NCBI GenBank assembly: GCA_026023565.1
Contig: JAPETS010000009.1
Coordinates: 62,001 to 126,000, forward strand
Source of the DNA: Cirrosporium novae-zelandiae
Lineage: Eukaryota
DNA: 64,000 nt
Reading direction: 5' to 3'
Positions 47,501 to 62,600 of the stretch are shown here, piece by piece. The notes below the pieces were generated by a model that did no database searches, had not been told where the DNA came from, and saw nothing but the letters and a program-made list of their open reading frames with translations. Within the stretch, counting starts at the first letter, position 1, and each line of letters starts with the position of its first letter. The position numbers were made by a program, and so were the translations under genes.

Positions 47501-49890
47501 TTATCCACCATCAAGCTCAGGGAAACGATCTGTTTCCTTGGATCGTTTACGTCGTTCAGGAACTTTTAACAACACCATCGAACGACACTCGAAATCAACA
47601 GCGGCAAAAACATTTTCTCGCAGTGCATCGTCCCGGAACCAAGATTCATTCTCGTGGGTTGGCAAGGAAAGTTTCAGCTACAATAGCTCAAATCGTATGT
47701 CATTGCGAAAATATGCTTCGCTCCACAGCAGCCTTAACCGGCAAACCCTTGCGCGGTCGCTAAATTCGGAAACATTCTCGTCGCCCGGAGCTCTAAACCC
47801 TGAAAGCTCTACCGGACAACCGCCTGCCCGGATGCTCCGAAGACGACCAGGGGGCGACCTTCGCGGCGTACAAAATGTACATGATCTCGAGCCAAATGAA
47901 CGACCCGCTTCTGGGGCCTCTTTGACTGCCTGCTCTGAATCTATCCTTGAGAGCACAATGTATATGGCAGTAAATCGCAACGTCGGTGCTCCTCAAGGGG
48001 CTTCGCCGCAGCAATCGTTCCTGCTGGACAATGATGTAACCATGTCACTTCTCGAGACTCATTCGTCTCAACCGGCCATGCGGCCTTCCTTTGAAGCAAC
48101 CGTTGCTGGATTTGCCACAATTCCCGATGACGATGATGGTGGTGTCGAATCGGCATTGCTGAAGTTAGAGGGAAAGTATCTCCCTAAGCCTAAATCCCCT
48201 CCAATTACCAAAGATCAAGACACAGTCTCAAGATCCGATAACGGTACAACGCCTATCCCTAGGAGCAGCAACACACTCCACGCTCCATCACTACCTAATT
48301 CTTCCGGGATCGAAATTACCGAAACCGAGCTCCGAACTTCATTCTTGCTCGGTTCTGAAGATGGAGACGACCAAGGTAACGAACAGCAATTAGGACACGC
48401 CTCGTCTGTTTTTGGTTTACCAACACAATCTGTTGCCGGGTCCGAAGATTCTTATAACTCTGTTCCTTTATTAGAACGATTGAGTAATGCCTGTGCTAGT
48501 TCTCATGAACGTGTCTCCCACTGGGTTGGGACAGACGAACTTCCAAATGGCAAGGTTGAAGATGGCAGGAATGCGAACGCTCAAGAAAGCAACTCGTCAC
48601 ATCCATCCATTGATGTCGTGGTAGAGACCGCAAGTATGCGGGATATACCCCCTGGTGCGACATTTCCAAGCGCCCCATCACGAGCCCATTCGTTCCTCTT
48701 GGATGAGGACGAGAACCTGAGTGACTTGTCATCAGAAATTTCCGCGGAACTGGTCGACGCAGAAGAGGCTAATGAAGGTGAATCCAGCTTGCCTGGACCT
48801 TCACCTTTATCCGCCTTACCCGTGCCTTCTTGTCATCCTCTCCGGCATCCCCCATCACCTCCCGGCAACCTTGAAATTCCAAAGTCTGCTACACCCCCTC
48901 AAGACCCAATGATGTACCAAAACAAGCCTCCCACTCCAGAACCATCACCGACCAATAGAATGGACTCTCGTGATTTTCGTTTTCTCAACCACTCAGCTCA
49001 ACCATCTGATTCGATACATCAAATAATCGCTAATGCACCCGATCCTTTGCAAACTAATCCCCATCTTCCATTCATCCTTGCTTATGATTCAGAGCTTTTG
49101 GCTCAGCAATTTACAATTATTGAGAAGGATGCCTTGAATGAAGTCGAGTGGCGAGAACTTGTTGATATGCGCTGGCATCACACTCCTCCTTCCGCGCTCA
49201 ACTGGGTCGAGTTCCTCACGGACCATGACCCCAAAGGGGTGGGTATCGTTTCAGCTCGTTTCAACCTCATGGTCAAATGGGCCCTTTCGACAATCATGTT
49301 GACCGAAAATGCCTACGAGAGAGCCAGAACAATTGTGAAATATATCCATATAGCTTCGCAAGCTAGAAAGATGCACAACTACGCCACCATGCTTCAGATA
49401 ACAATTGCCCTTACTGCATATGACTGCGCAAGACTGAAGCAAACGTGGCAGCTGGTACCAGCAAAAGAAAAGCAGATTCTCCGGGAGATGGAGGCTCTGG
49501 CACAACCGACGCGAAATTTCTACCGATTACGGGAAGAAATGGAAACAGGGGATCTTGATGAAGGATGCATTCCTTTTGTTGGTGAGTAAATAATGCTCTC
49601 TGTTTTTATAGCCAAAGAATCGCACTAACAGACTCTTAGGATTGTATGTTCATGATCTCACATACAATGCTCAGAAGCCTGCACAGATTGCCAGTACCCG
49701 AGACGGTGAGCCTCTGGTTAATTTTGAACGATTTCGAACAACGGCCACGATTGTGAAAAGCTTGCTGCGGCTCATCGATGCAAGCGCAAAATATTCATAT
49801 CATCCTATTGATGGTGCCATCCAACGATGTCTCTGGATGGCTGCCCTCCCTGATGAGAAGATAAGAATTCTGAGCCGGCAACTCGAATAA
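44541..49890 (+). CDS. lte1: Lte1-like Ras guanine-nucleotide exchange factor (RasGEF_N + C-terminal RasGEF domain)
   Basis: DYELVSDFFLTVRSY, RIRTFAAMRHWILNYFLDDF, long S/P-rich linker, FILAYDSELLAQQFTIIEKD, RFNLMVKW, GCIPFVG/LYVHDL and VNFERF. Introns at ~44939-45070 and ~49582-49639. Confidence 0.85.
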
Positions 49891-50589
49891 ACAGGTGCTT
49901 CACCACACCACGATTACGATAATTCTGGATTCACTGTTATAGGTTTTATTTCGCCCCTCGTGGGCTTGTAGGTCATTGGGAATATTGATTCAGGGTCAGG
50001 GCCTTACGAGGTCCCTAATTACTAGCCATGTCACACTCATTGTATATTGTCGTCTTGCAATGCTGTCACGAATCTTCTTTGTTAATGGGTACTACCCGCT
50101 GGATGGCTTCAGGAGAATTGACAACCCTGCTTCTTCAGGCTTGGAGAAGGATACACGGAGTTGCCTTAGGCATGGAAGAATACCATTTGGGACAAGAAAT
50201 TGGGCAAAGAAAAACAGAACCAACTTCATCAGTAGTAGATACGTGTATATTACTAGCAAGCAGATATGACCAGACAATTTAATGTTTTATAATTGATACA
50301 TCTAGAAGTTTCATTATGTATTTAATAGTAAAACTTTGGTCTCGTGGACCTTTCGTCACAGAGCACCTGGGTAATTTGCTCGCATCGTCCAAAGTTACAG
50401 AATAGGCGAGCCGAACAATGCTAGGCGCAGTAGACATCTGGGGGGGGGGGGGCATCTTCACATTAAAGGTACCAAGACAACTGTGGTTCGAGAACATGTT
50501 TCTAAAATCAAATGCATTGTTTGGTCTCTACTAATAACGCTCAATTAATGTCAATCTCGCATCCTTGATGTTTGTAGCATACAGCAGCT

Positions 50590-53229
50590 ATGGATCTTGG
50601 AGATCCCTTTACAGGACAAGAGAATGGCCACGAATCCGATTCAGAGCGGCGACGGCCTCGCCAACTTCCAGATGATCTTCCTAAATCCCTTGATGACCGA
50701 AGACCCGTTCGGACCTTTGGAGGGGAGACGGAGATCTATGATGCATGGCAAGGTGTGCACCATGCAGTCTGTGTAACCTCGTTTCTTCTGCTTAACTTTT
50801 CTTCTGTCTAGGGCAATCGCAGATCCTCACCCCGATGCCAGCGAAACTTCTTTCCTTCAATCTCAATATAGATGAACCGAAATACGACCAAGAACCAGCC
50901 CTATCGAGAGTAGAGGATAATGACGGCAGATTAATGGAAATGTTGGCCGCGCAAGCTGCCCATCGCGAAGATGGGCTGGCTCTCGAAGACGGGGAAAAAA
51001 TAGCCACCGATCCCAAGCTATCAGACGAGAAAAAGAAGGAGGCTTTGCAGAAAGCGTTGAATATGGCGGCCAGCAATGGCGATATGGAAAAAATAGAAAA
51101 GCTACTGAAGGGCAAGGCCAAAGATTACATCGATGTTAATGCGCCGGACGAAGAAGGCACCGCGCCACTGATCTATGCTAGTTGCTTTGTAGGTCCCGGA
51201 TCGCTCATTTATGGGGTTTAAGAAGACTAATTTGTCTCTAGGGTCATCAGGATGTTGTTTCGGCTCTGCTCGATGCTGGTGCGAACCCGGACAAGCAGGA
51301 TCGGAATCAATGGAGTCCTCTCATGTGGGCCACAACCAACCGACACAAAAATATTGCAAAAATACTGTTAGATCATGGTGCATCGCCCGACGTCAAATCT
51401 TCTTCCGGGAGAACGGCCTTTGATTTTGTAGCACCTAATAGTGAATTATCAAACTACCTTCAAGACAATGGATACAGCATTGGAAATGCGGGAGTGGGGG
51501 ATGACTTTTATGATTCGGGATTTGGCAATGACAGGCTTGAAGAAGAGATGGCGGAGTTTGATATGAAAAGAAAAATGGCAATGGAAAGTGCAATCAATTT
51601 GGAGGTTGATCTGTCCAGCTTAGGCATGGATGAACAACCAGAGGTAAGAATCACACACCCAGGCTGCATTGGATTGATGCTGAGATATTGAAGTCACCAG
51701 AGGAGTTTGAGGAAGGTCAGCCAGAGTTTGTCTGGGACAAATGCCTGAATGACCAGATGTTTGTCTTTCAAGAAAGCGAACTGGATAGAATATTGGACAT
51801 TATCATCACGAATATGACACCTCAGCGTTCCCCGTCGCAAAAGCCCGTTCCCGCAAACATTCTATTCTTGAGTGCCCGCTACGTTCACTACCATTCTACT
51901 GCTCAGCTATTAGCCACCTTGCTCCTGAGCGCTATGCGTAAGATCAACGATGTGGTGGAGAAACATCAATGGGACATGACAATTCTGGCATTTTGGATCT
52001 CCAATGCCACTTTACTTTTACATTATTTGAAAAAGGATGCAGGACTGGTTGAAGCAACAACAGATTTCCAAGTAGATTTATCGGAACTCATCAATGAGAT
52101 TTACATCTTGATCATCCGAGATGCCGAAAGAAGAATGGATAAAGTTCTCGATGCAGCAATGTTGGATCATGAAACAATTCCGGGCCTTGAAGACGTACAT
52201 TTCCAGAATGAATGGAATATCTTCCGTACGAAGCATAAAGCAAAGCCCTTGGAACCAATGGAAAAGCGATTCCGACCTCCTTCTCCAAAACGGCGAGCAC
52301 AGATCTCCCCTCGAAACATTACCTCTCTATTATCTTCAACCCTATTTGTGCTTGACCTTTATGATGTGCATTCGGTGATAACAGCACAAGCACTCGGACA
52401 GCTGGTGTATTGGATAGGCGCGGAGATATTTAACCGAATAATGACTCAGCGTAAATATCTTGCCCGAACGAAGGCCATGCAAGTCAGAATGAACATTTCA
52501 GCGCTCGAGGACTGGGCGCGATCAAATAACAGGCAACCAGAGCATTATGAAAGTGGATCCACGAGTTCAACGGGGGAAAACACCGTCGAAGCCGCACGAC
52601 GGCACCTGGATCCGGTCGTTCAACTCCTTCAATGGTTACAATGCTTCTCCTCACTCGGAGAAGATTTTGAATCCTTGGTTGGCACAGTGCAACAGCTGAA
52701 AAGGCTATCCCCCCAGCAATTAATTTTCGCCGTAAAACACTACCGATTAGAAGTCGGAGAAAAAGGTCTCTCAAAAAGCGCTATGAAATACCTCGTCAGC
52801 CTCCAAGACGAAATAACCACCCGTCGCGAACGCCGTCGCCAATCTCTCCTAACCTCACCAACCTCACCCTCACCCGCCACACCCCCAAGATCCAAAAAAG
52901 ATGCCTCGCCCGCGGTAACCCCGGCCTCAATCGCCCAAAAAACCCCAGGCCTCTCCGAAATAATGTCCGAAGACGACGACGACGAAGTGTCCGAACAGCT
53001 GCTACTAGATCCAGCTCTGATGCTTCCATTCTCCCTCCCCACATCCACAGATATGCTGATCAGCTACGGGGCCGGCTTCGGGGGGTTAAATAGGGAGAGG
53101 GAACGAAAATATATCCCCACTGTGCCGCCGGAATTCTTGGCTAAGCTTGATATTGGTGGTAAAAATAGTGGAGGGGGAGGGGTGCAGCTACAATATAATT
53201 ATGAGGGCGAGGGTGAGGATTATGATTGA
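50590..53229 (+). CDS. Ankyrin-repeat and DIL (dilute) domain protein
   Basis: ALNMAASNGD, GTAPLIYASCF/GH, WSPLMWA and GRTAFD (ankyrin). FWISNATLLLHYL, FNRIMTQRKYL, QVRMNISALEDW and LSPQQL (DIL). Three introns. Confidence 0.9.
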
Positions 53230-53239
53230 TTGATTATAT

Positions 53240-54280
53240 GATTTTTTTTTTTTTTACGGAAATCCGAAAATCCGAAATCCCAAAAAAAATCACTAAAAAA
53301 CAATCCAAAATCCGACTCCTACTGAATTAATAGGATAGGAACGTGCGTAGTTTGTTTGTCAGTCCGTGTGCGTAAACTAAACTAAGCGGGAGAGAGAGGG
53401 ATATCATTTCTACATTACATGGTCTACATGGCATGGGAACATTATTAAGCATGGATAAACCGGAGTCTGGCGTTTCCTTTCCTTTCTTTTCCTTTTCATT
53501 ACCTTTTTTTTTTTTTTTTTTTTAATCAACTCTCTCACACATACACAAATGGAAACCGCATTGGCAGATGTCTATTTCTATGGCAAGGTATGGCAAGGAA
53601 AGGGGGAAAGGGGAAAGGGGATAACGCTTTTTTTTGGTTTTTTGTTTTTTTTTTGAGAGGGGGGGAAGGGGGATATAACTATCTATCTATTCTATACTAT
53701 TGTTGAGAAGTCATTGCATCGCATCACATCGCATCCTCTTTATATATATATGTGTGTGTATGTCTCGAGGGGGAGAGTGGGTGTGTGTGAAGGTGGTGGT
53801 GGTGGTGCCATATCTATCTACTGTAGAGCAGCAGCCAGTGATGCTCACCCCCCCTCCCTCCCCATCCATTACTGTAAACGCAGTACACTTCTTTCTTCCT
53901 CAATTCCTCAATCATACCACACATAATGGCAAACAAAATCCCAATCATTAATTAATATCCAAGTATCCAATATCCAGTGTCTCCAATATCTCCAGCAAAT
54001 TTGAAAACCCCCCCCCCCCCCCCCAACTTTTTCCAAGTACCTGTAACTTATTTAATGAATTGTAAATTGTTAATTGTTTTAATCTCTTTCTCTCTGTGGA
54101 AAAGGAAAGGGAAGGAAAGGAAAAGGGAAAAAACTATGGGTTTGTTGTTGTTGTTGTTGTTGTTGTTGTTGGGAGATGTGAGTTAGTGAGTTCATTGACT
54201 ATGGAATGGTATGGTATGGAATGGTATGGGAAAGGAAGGGAATGATTTGTTGGGAAAAGGGTGATAGGGAGAGTTGATTT

Positions 54281-54320
<40 letters not shown>

Positions 54321-57300
54321 TTTTCTTTTTTTTTTTTTGCTGTTCTAGGGAATCAAAGAACAAAGCTAAAGATTCGGGGAGTTGTGGTAATGGTTTTGTT
54401 TTTGGGTTTTTTTTTCTAAAGTTTAGGGGGGAAGAAGGAAAGTAGGTAAGGTAGTCTAATAGATAAATATACATATAAACAAACAAGACAAGACAAGACA
54501 CCTTTTTTTTTTTTAATTATTTAATTGGGTTAGGATGGAAGGGAAGGGGAAAAGGAGATGTGGGATGTGGGATGTGGGATGTGGGGATTGATAGATGGAT
54601 ATATATATATATTTCAGTGTGTGTTGGGTGTGTGTTGGGTGTTGGAGGATATATATGGATATGTATAACCCTGGTTGCTAATATTAATACTAATGCTAAA
54701 CACCAACCGTTTAATAATAATGATATAATGATTATATATACACGTAAGGTATCCCACATCCAATATCTATGGCTAACCATCTAACCACCTAGGTGTATAT
54801 TTTCTATATCTTCCATATCTTCGTATCCTACCTATCCTACCCTACTTAAACAACAACAACAACAACAACACCAAAGACCCGATCCAATCCAATCCGATCC
54901 GATTATCATAGTATCCATCATATCCACCCCATATATACCTACCTGCCTTACTAAGAACAAAAGCGAAGTAAAGGGGAGGGAAGGGAAGGGAAGGGAAGTA
55001 AAGCACACATACCTAGGTACAGTACTTATACATTTAAAACTAAATCAATGTGTTGCGGAGTAGATAAGAATAGATAAGAGTAGATAAGGGTGGGGGTTTT
55101 TTTGGTATATTGAAATGTACTGAGATTGAGATTGAGGATTGAGGGTGTAGAAAGGGTGTATATGGGTATATGTGTGATAGTTATCATCGAGAGAGAGAGA
55201 GAGAGAGAGAGAAATAGGGATGGAGTGTTGTGTGTGTTTTGTGTTTGTCTCTGTCTCCTCGTTAGAAGGAAGGGCAAGTCAACGAACGGACAAAGACTTT
55301 TACATACCTATGTAACTAAGGGAAAAGGGCAAAGGGATTGGGATATGGGATATATAACACCAGCTACGGCTACGTCGTCATTACACATTCTCCTATCTCG
55401 ATCTCTATCTCTATTTCTATATGTTTGCCCCCGTGGGTATATATCTATATCTATGTCTATATCTATCTACCTAGAGTGATTTAGTTATAATTGGGAGGGT
55501 TCGGAGGTAGATAGATGGATGGATGGATGGATGGATAGATCCTTCTTAAGCCCAAGGCGATGGTTAATCAATCAATCAGCCTAATAATAACTAACCAATA
55601 AACCAAACCTGTCTTTCTTTCTTTTTTTCTTTTAAATTCCTTTAATGAATGAATGAAACGGGACGGTAGAGGGCAGAACTAACACTGGATACTCGCTGAT
55701 TCTTGACTCTGACTCTGAGTTCTGAATTTTGGCAGAGGAGGTAGATAGATAGAGAACGAAACCTAACATAATATAATATAGTATAATATAAGAGTTGGTT
55801 GGTAGATGGGTAGTGTCGGATGCCATAAATATTAGGTTGGGTTCGATTCCCAAGAGCGCTAGTGATTGGTCACACTGGTATCAGTGTTCTTCTGGGAGAT
55901 GGGTAGGTAGGTAGGTTGGTTGGTCAGGAGGTAAGTAGGTATAACATCCACCTCCTTTAGGTAGATACTTGGCTAGGTTTAGGTGGTTAACCGTGTACGT
56001 GTACGTGTATGTGTATAATATATGTCCTTGGTGTTGGCGTTGACGTTGGTTTGGTTTGGTTGGTTTGTGGTATCGTAGTTTTGTGATTGACTTGTTTGTT
56101 TGCTTTTTTTGGGTGGATAATCTGAGAGATACCTAGGTACCTAGATAGATATCCGATCATATTATTAAGAGTAAGTAGGGCACTGTAGGTAGGTATATTA
56201 ATATATAAGATACGTATATATTTTTATCTTTCTCTTGAAAAACCAAAAAAAAACCGAAAAAACAAAAAGACATTTCAGATAACAAATCCAACCCTTCCTA
56301 TTGGTTGGTTGGTTGGAGGGATCTCTATCCCTATCTCCATCTCCAATCTCATCTTGATTAGAGTTAATTAGAGTTGTGAGATGTGAGATATGAGATGCAC
56401 ATTTCGGGACTTTTTTGGTTCTTTCTTTTTTTCGGTTTTTTGGTATGGATTTGTTTAGTTCAGTGAGGTATGTTTAGAGATGAGAGATTGTAGATGTAGA
56501 TGAGGTTGGGGGTTGAGGTTACTTGTAACTTATACCCTTTCCCCTCTGCCATGGGTGGTAGAAGAAAAAGAAGAACAAAAAGAGCTCTCCTCTTTCCATT
56601 CCCCATGTGTTGTTGTTTTTCGTGTTTTTATTAATTATTGGTTATACAGCATGTAGCATCTAGTATTTATGTAGTACGTAGTTATATCAATTGAGGGCGG
56701 GGTAGACTAGCTCAGATCAGGTCAGACTGGGGTGGTATAGAGCTGTGGGGATGTATTATTATGAATTGCGAATTGTGAACTGCGGATTGCGAATTACGAA
56801 TCTGAGACTGGAGGGTTGGGTCGGATTGGAATCGGACTGGGGGAGTCGAGGATTTTGTAGTTGGTTGGTGTTATCTATGTACCGAGGCAGTGTGTAGTAT
56901 GTACTCGAGTACTTATTTTGTTTTGGTTTTAGTTTTGTTTTTGTCGCCTTGCTGATAAATCCAGAGGAGGGGACTTGAGTTTGGGGTCCAGGTTTTGTGT
57001 GTATTATTGAATTGGAAATTTTAGGGATTGGATTGGATTGAATGAAATGTTGAGATTCTCTTTTTTTGGGTTTTCTGAGTTACGTGGGTGGATGGTAAGT
57101 AGATGGATATATTTGATTGAGTGAGTGAATGAGGGCAGAAGTTGTTGCCTACGACGCTGTATTACACAGTACACGCTACCGGGGCGTGATAGGTAATGTA
57201 ATGTAAGCAAGCTGTCTTGGGTCCGAGGTTCTGAGCTTCGAGGCTTAGAGCTGAAAGGTTGGAGAAGCTGCTTTACATACTTTCAACAATCTGCATCCTT

Positions 57301-57420
57301 CCATCCACCCTATCCACCTATCTATCCTTGTATTGGGAAATAACATCCTACACTTAACGCCAACGTCAACGTCAATCCTATCCTTTCATCTTTCTTTTTT
57401 CTTATTCATCTATCCATCTA
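53240..57420. repeat. 4-kb microsatellite-rich intergenic region
   Basis: (TTG)n, (TTTC)n, (GA)n, (GATG)n, (CAA)n, (GGGAA)n, (ATGTGGG)n and homopolymer runs. The ORFs here are compositionally trivial. Confidence 0.85.
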
Positions 57421-57431
57421 TCCATCTATCC

Positions 57432-58511
57432 ATGGCATCAGCTACCGGAGTCCCAGGTCAAGTTCCTGGTATGAATGTTAACGGGAACGGGTTGAGTAGG
57501 AGAGAGGCGGATGAAGAGGAGGAAGCAAGAGAACAAGAGCAAGATCAAGAGCAGGAACCGTTGTTGGGGAGACCTGGAGATGCGAGTCAGAAGGTTGGGA
57601 AGGGGGTTCAGTTTAATTTGTTTATCGGTATGCTTTTTTTTCTTGGTGGGTGGTTTGGTGGGGAAGAGGGGCTTTTTTGAGAGGGTACGAAAGGGCTGAT
57701 TTCTCGGGAGATTGGATTACTGAAGGGCTTTTTATAGGTACGGCGGTTTTGGCTCAGGCGGGAGTTTGGATTGTAAGTGTTCTCCTCTCATTTCGCTTTT
57801 TGGTATGGATATTGGGTCCTGGGGGATGTGGGGATTGGGTTGGATTGGGATTGGCTGACTGGGTTGTATAGCTTTTTGCAATCGTCTGGGCTGCCGTATT
57901 TAATGCGAATTGGATCTATATGCTGCAACATCCGGTATGACTTGATTCCTGGGTGTTTTCTCTTGTACTTGACTGACCAGATTTTTGCCATTCAGCTCGG
58001 AAATTCCCTTGGCCTCGCTCTCCTCACTCAAGCTACCCTAATCCTTCAACCCACCCACACTGGCAAGCAAAAATTCTGGGGGGCCATAATACATGGAGTG
58101 CTGCATACTCTCGGTCTTGCATCATTCCTTTGGGCTTTTGCGATTATTGAAATAAATAAAGGTCCCATGTCCAATGATCACCACTGGAAATCTACACATG
58201 CATATCTCGGGTTCCTTACCTACAATCTCCTCTTCATACAATTTGTTGTTGGGGTGGCGCAATTCTGGATCCCAATGTTTAGCAAGGAGCAAATGTGGAT
58301 GAAGAAGATTTGGAAGTGGCATCGGGTTAGCGGATATATTTTGCTGGTCTTGGTGCTGGTGACGGTTTGCGCAGCGACAAAGACGGATTATAACAAGGGC
58401 GTGTTGCAGATTCAGCTATGGGCTGCCATTGTTTGCAGCGTGCTGATTCTAGCAGGGACACTGCCTCGAATTAAGAAGCAGAAAATGCCTGGACCAGGAA
58501 GATGGTGGTAA
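57432..58511 (+). CDS. Cytochrome b561 domain membrane protein
   Basis: EPLLGRPGDA, QATLILQPT, conserved His motifs IHGVLH, KSTHAYLG and WKWHRVSGY, with several TM helices. Three introns. Confidence 0.85.
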
Positions 58512-59684
58512 GATTATATGGAAATGGTGAGTTTTATCCGGGAGGAGGAGCGCTAGCAGCGGAAAGGCTCAATAATAGTTTCCTAGCTTTGGGCGGAACG
58601 TGGAACCAACGGAGGTACAATGGACAAAGAACAAAGCGCCAAAAGGTTGGAGGCGGCCTATGCTTCAGTTGTATTGGGGGTTTTTGCTACTTAGGTGTTT
58701 GTTAGGTAATGAACAGGCGAACAAACTAGGGAATCAGTAATCTCATACGTGTAACAAGTCTATCAGGAGGTGGACACATTGGGGAGACGTCCCATATTGA
58801 GGAGGTTCCATAATATAAAGCTAGTTTTTTTTTAAATGTGGAGTTTTGGCTTGGAACGAAAAGCAGAGAAGGGAAACAAAAAAGGGCGAATGACTTTATT
58901 GTTATAACGGTGGGACAGAGTAATTAATATATTATCATTATCGATTAATCTTTGAATGTTTAATAAATGCGCAGTAATCAATAATCAATAATCTTGGCTT
59001 TTGTTTTTTTTTCAAGGGAACCAAAAGTCCAACGGTTCTTTTTTGGTGGTTGTTTTGTGTGGCGCCATTGAACAATGGAACTATAGGCCTTAATGGGGGG
59101 GGTTCTTTAAGCCTAGGTGGGTATGCTGGACCCTTTTCGGGGGGGGGTAAGTCGGGTAACTCCTGGGTCTCCTGGGCCTCCTGGGTCTCCTGGGCCTCCT
59201 GATGATCTACTCTCGCTTCCTTTTCGCTTCCTTCTCAGACTTTCTTCTTTGAGGCTCCCTTCAAAATTGTGGAACTTTCAACGTCTAATTTGGTCTCACC
59301 TGGACTCAGCTCTTCCATTTCCCTAAGAGTTTAAGACAATTATCGTCAAAAATCTTTGTTCTAATCATTCACTAGATTATGGCCCCTTTCTCTCACTTTT
59401 CTAGAACAGTTTCCTCGATTCACTCACACCATTTTCTGTTGCGATATCGCTTGAGAGTATGAAAAAAAACCTTCCCTGACACCATGCCAGTCTAGCTATT
59501 ACGTACCCCTAGCGAAAACCAACCCCAAGCAAAAAACTGATCCACCAATCCAAAACACATCCAACCAATATTCCATCGAATCCCCCCCCCCCCCCCCCCC
59601 CAAAACCTGACACTTTCTCTCAATTGAGTTACACCATACACCAGCTCTCTACGTCAGAGGTTAACCCAATAAATATAATACTGG

Positions 59685-62600
59685 ATGACCGACGACGAGG
59701 ACGCTGCAGATTATTACCAAATAACTGACATACTTAATATGTATGGCGACAACGACGGTGCGGCCTCATCGTATACGGGCTCTCCTGCTAGATCCTCGGA
59801 GCTTAGGGCTATCGCATACGAAGATACGGAGGCGGCTCACCCGCCCATTCGCGTCTCCAACGACAAACGTGCTGTAAACTCCTTACGCGCCCCCGATGCT
59901 GCGATTTCTGCCCTGCGACCGAGAACCGCTCCTGATCAACGAAGTATCTCCGCTCCCCTTCCATCTCCCTCTGAGCGACGGCACGGCTTGAGGAAAGCAA
60001 GATTCGCGGATGAGGACCCGAGAGGAGATTCTGGCTTGGCCCCTTCGAGTTCAACTCCAAGAGGTGGCGAGACCACGTTTGCGACAGAGGGTGCAGATGG
60101 CTCGGTAAAACATATTCGACGTTCGCCTAGCCTTCCTCGAGTTGCGGTTGATGAAGATGGGACTCCCCTACAAACACAAACACTGAGTGGATCCGCAAAA
60201 ATGGTAAAGGAGATACCGAGTGTGCAGAAGCCTTTTACAGGACTAGCATGTGATATACCGACTGGGGGATTCGACGAAATTTCCAATCCGGAGAGGTTAC
60301 TTTTTTCAAAGAGGGGGAGTTTTCTCACTGGCAAAAGAGGGGTTAAACCTCCACCGGGGTATTTGAATGGCACTGCAAATAGAAATCGGGGTGAAGATGC
60401 GATCCGCAATAGAGCGCAGGGAAATGGAAACGCGCCGGGCTATAGAACACAAGGAAATGGAAATATGCCTATGAATCGAAATGTACCTGGTAATAGAACC
60501 GCTCCTGGTAATAGAACCATGCACGACAACAGAATCCCGCCCGACAACAGAATCACACCCGGTGACAGAATTCCGCCCGGCGATAGAATTCCGCCCGGTG
60601 ACAGATCCATGCCTAACCATAGGACCACGCCCGACAACAGAAACATGCCCGACAACAAAAACATGCCCGACAACAGAAATATGCCTCGCAATAGAACTAC
60701 ACCCGATCATAAAAACATGTCTGGCAATAGAACTACACCCGATAATATACCCACATTTGACAATAGAACCACACCCGATAAAGGAACCACGCCCGACAAC
60801 AGAACCCCGTCCGCCGATAGAAACATGCCTAGCAATAGAACTACGCCCGATAATATAACACCCGACAAAGGAACTACGCCTGACAAAGGCGCCATGCCTG
60901 ATAATGGGACTACGCCTGATAATGGGACTACGCCTGATAATAAAAACACGCCTAGCAATAGAACTACGCCCGATCATAAAAACATACCTGGCAATAGAAC
61001 TACACCCGACCATGGAAATACATCTGACAATGGAAATGCTAACAATGGACGCGCTAGCAATGGAAGCACTAGCAATAGAAGCACTGGTAACGAAAGCACT
61101 GGCAATGGAACCCCTGGAAATGGAAGCACAAATGATGACGGGAGCGCAAATGGCGATGAAAATATAACTGGAAATGCGAATATAACTGGACATGCAAACC
61201 CAAGTGGCAATGAAGGTATACATGGAAATCAAAACACTGACAATGGAAGCGCAATTGGCAATACGAGAAATTCTCATCCTCTTTCCCCTGCTTCTCCTAT
61301 TGTACATCGCCCACCGCCTACCATCGTGAGAGCTGTTAGCCGACACAAAAAAACTAACCGGAAACCAAGCATATCTATGGTCTCAAAAATTTCAAGGAGG
61401 ATGATCTCGGCGGATGAGGATATGCTATCGCGAAAAGTGAGGGCCATGTATGAAGTTGGATATGATGATACAGAAACAGAAATTTCGAGCGCTGTTACAT
61501 CTACAATCGAAGATGAAGATAATAATTTACTTTCTCCTGATGGGGAGCGGACTGGGAGGACGTTGCGCAGGCCGTCAACGAAATATATGCCACCGCTAAG
61601 TCGGAGTGCAAGTGCAGCCAAAAGAGAAAATGAACTTGCGGGTGGAATCGAGGACTGGGAAAATCTTAGCGGCTCAGACGTCGATCGATATGGTTTCATC
61701 GTCCCCAAACCACGACCACCACAACCAAAAAATGATGACCCTGCAAACCCTTCGCAAGAACCGCCAAGAATCCAACGTGTCGCTACCCTACTTGAACTGG
61801 CTTCGGAAGCTCCTAGGAGGAAACGAACGCTCAGACGAACACCATCTATTGCTAAGAGCATGCATTCGGCCCGGACAGAATCTCCTCCTCGAAAGTATTC
61901 TCTAAGACGCCCTGGTTCCTCACAAAGCGCACGCCATCCTGGTAGCATTAGCGGCAACTCCATTATACGGCAAGCAGCCAACCGGCTACCACACAACAAA
62001 GATCGACGCTTTAAAGATGAAGCTGCAGATATGCTCACACTACCTCCAGGCATGGCGGATCTTGCTGCTGCAAAGAAAACCAAAGCAGCCATCGAACTCA
62101 AGAAAAAGGAATGGGAGAGGGAAGAGAAATGGAGGAGAATGGCAAGGATCGTGAAAAGGAGGAAAGATGGCAGTGGCATGACGTTTGAATTTGATACTAA
62201 AAGCCCTAAACTTGTCGAACGAACATGGAAGGGAATACCAGATCGATGGCGGAGTACTGCCTGGCATGCTTTCTTGACCACGAGTGCAAAACGGGACCCC
62301 AGCAGTGCCAGTGACGAGGAATTGATAGCCACGTATCGAGACTTTCAAGAGGAAAGTTCCCCGGATGACGTACAGATTGATATCGATGTTCCTCGAACCA
62401 TCAACCAACATATCATGTTTAGACGGCGTTACCGAGGTGGCCAGCGTCTGCTTTTCCGTGTTCTTCATGCAATGTCATTGTTCTTTCCAGACACAGGATA
62501 TGTTCAGGGAATGGCATCTTTAACAGCAACATTACTATGTTATTACGAAGAAGATATGTCGTTTGTAATGATGGTACGCATATGGCAATTGAGAGGACTA

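Noticed and set aside
53700..57210. Numerous short ORFs in the 53-57 kb spacer
   Set aside because: They are translations of microsatellites and homopolymers.
59117..59326. Collagen-like GSPGPP ORF
   Set aside because: Produced by a 9-bp tandem repeat (CTCCTGGGY) upstream of the TBC gene, with no other coding signal.
60306..62332. Long antisense ORFs (346 aa and 352 aa) opposite the TBC gene
   Set aside because: They are shadows of the repeat-rich, biased sense CDS and contain no recognisable motifs.
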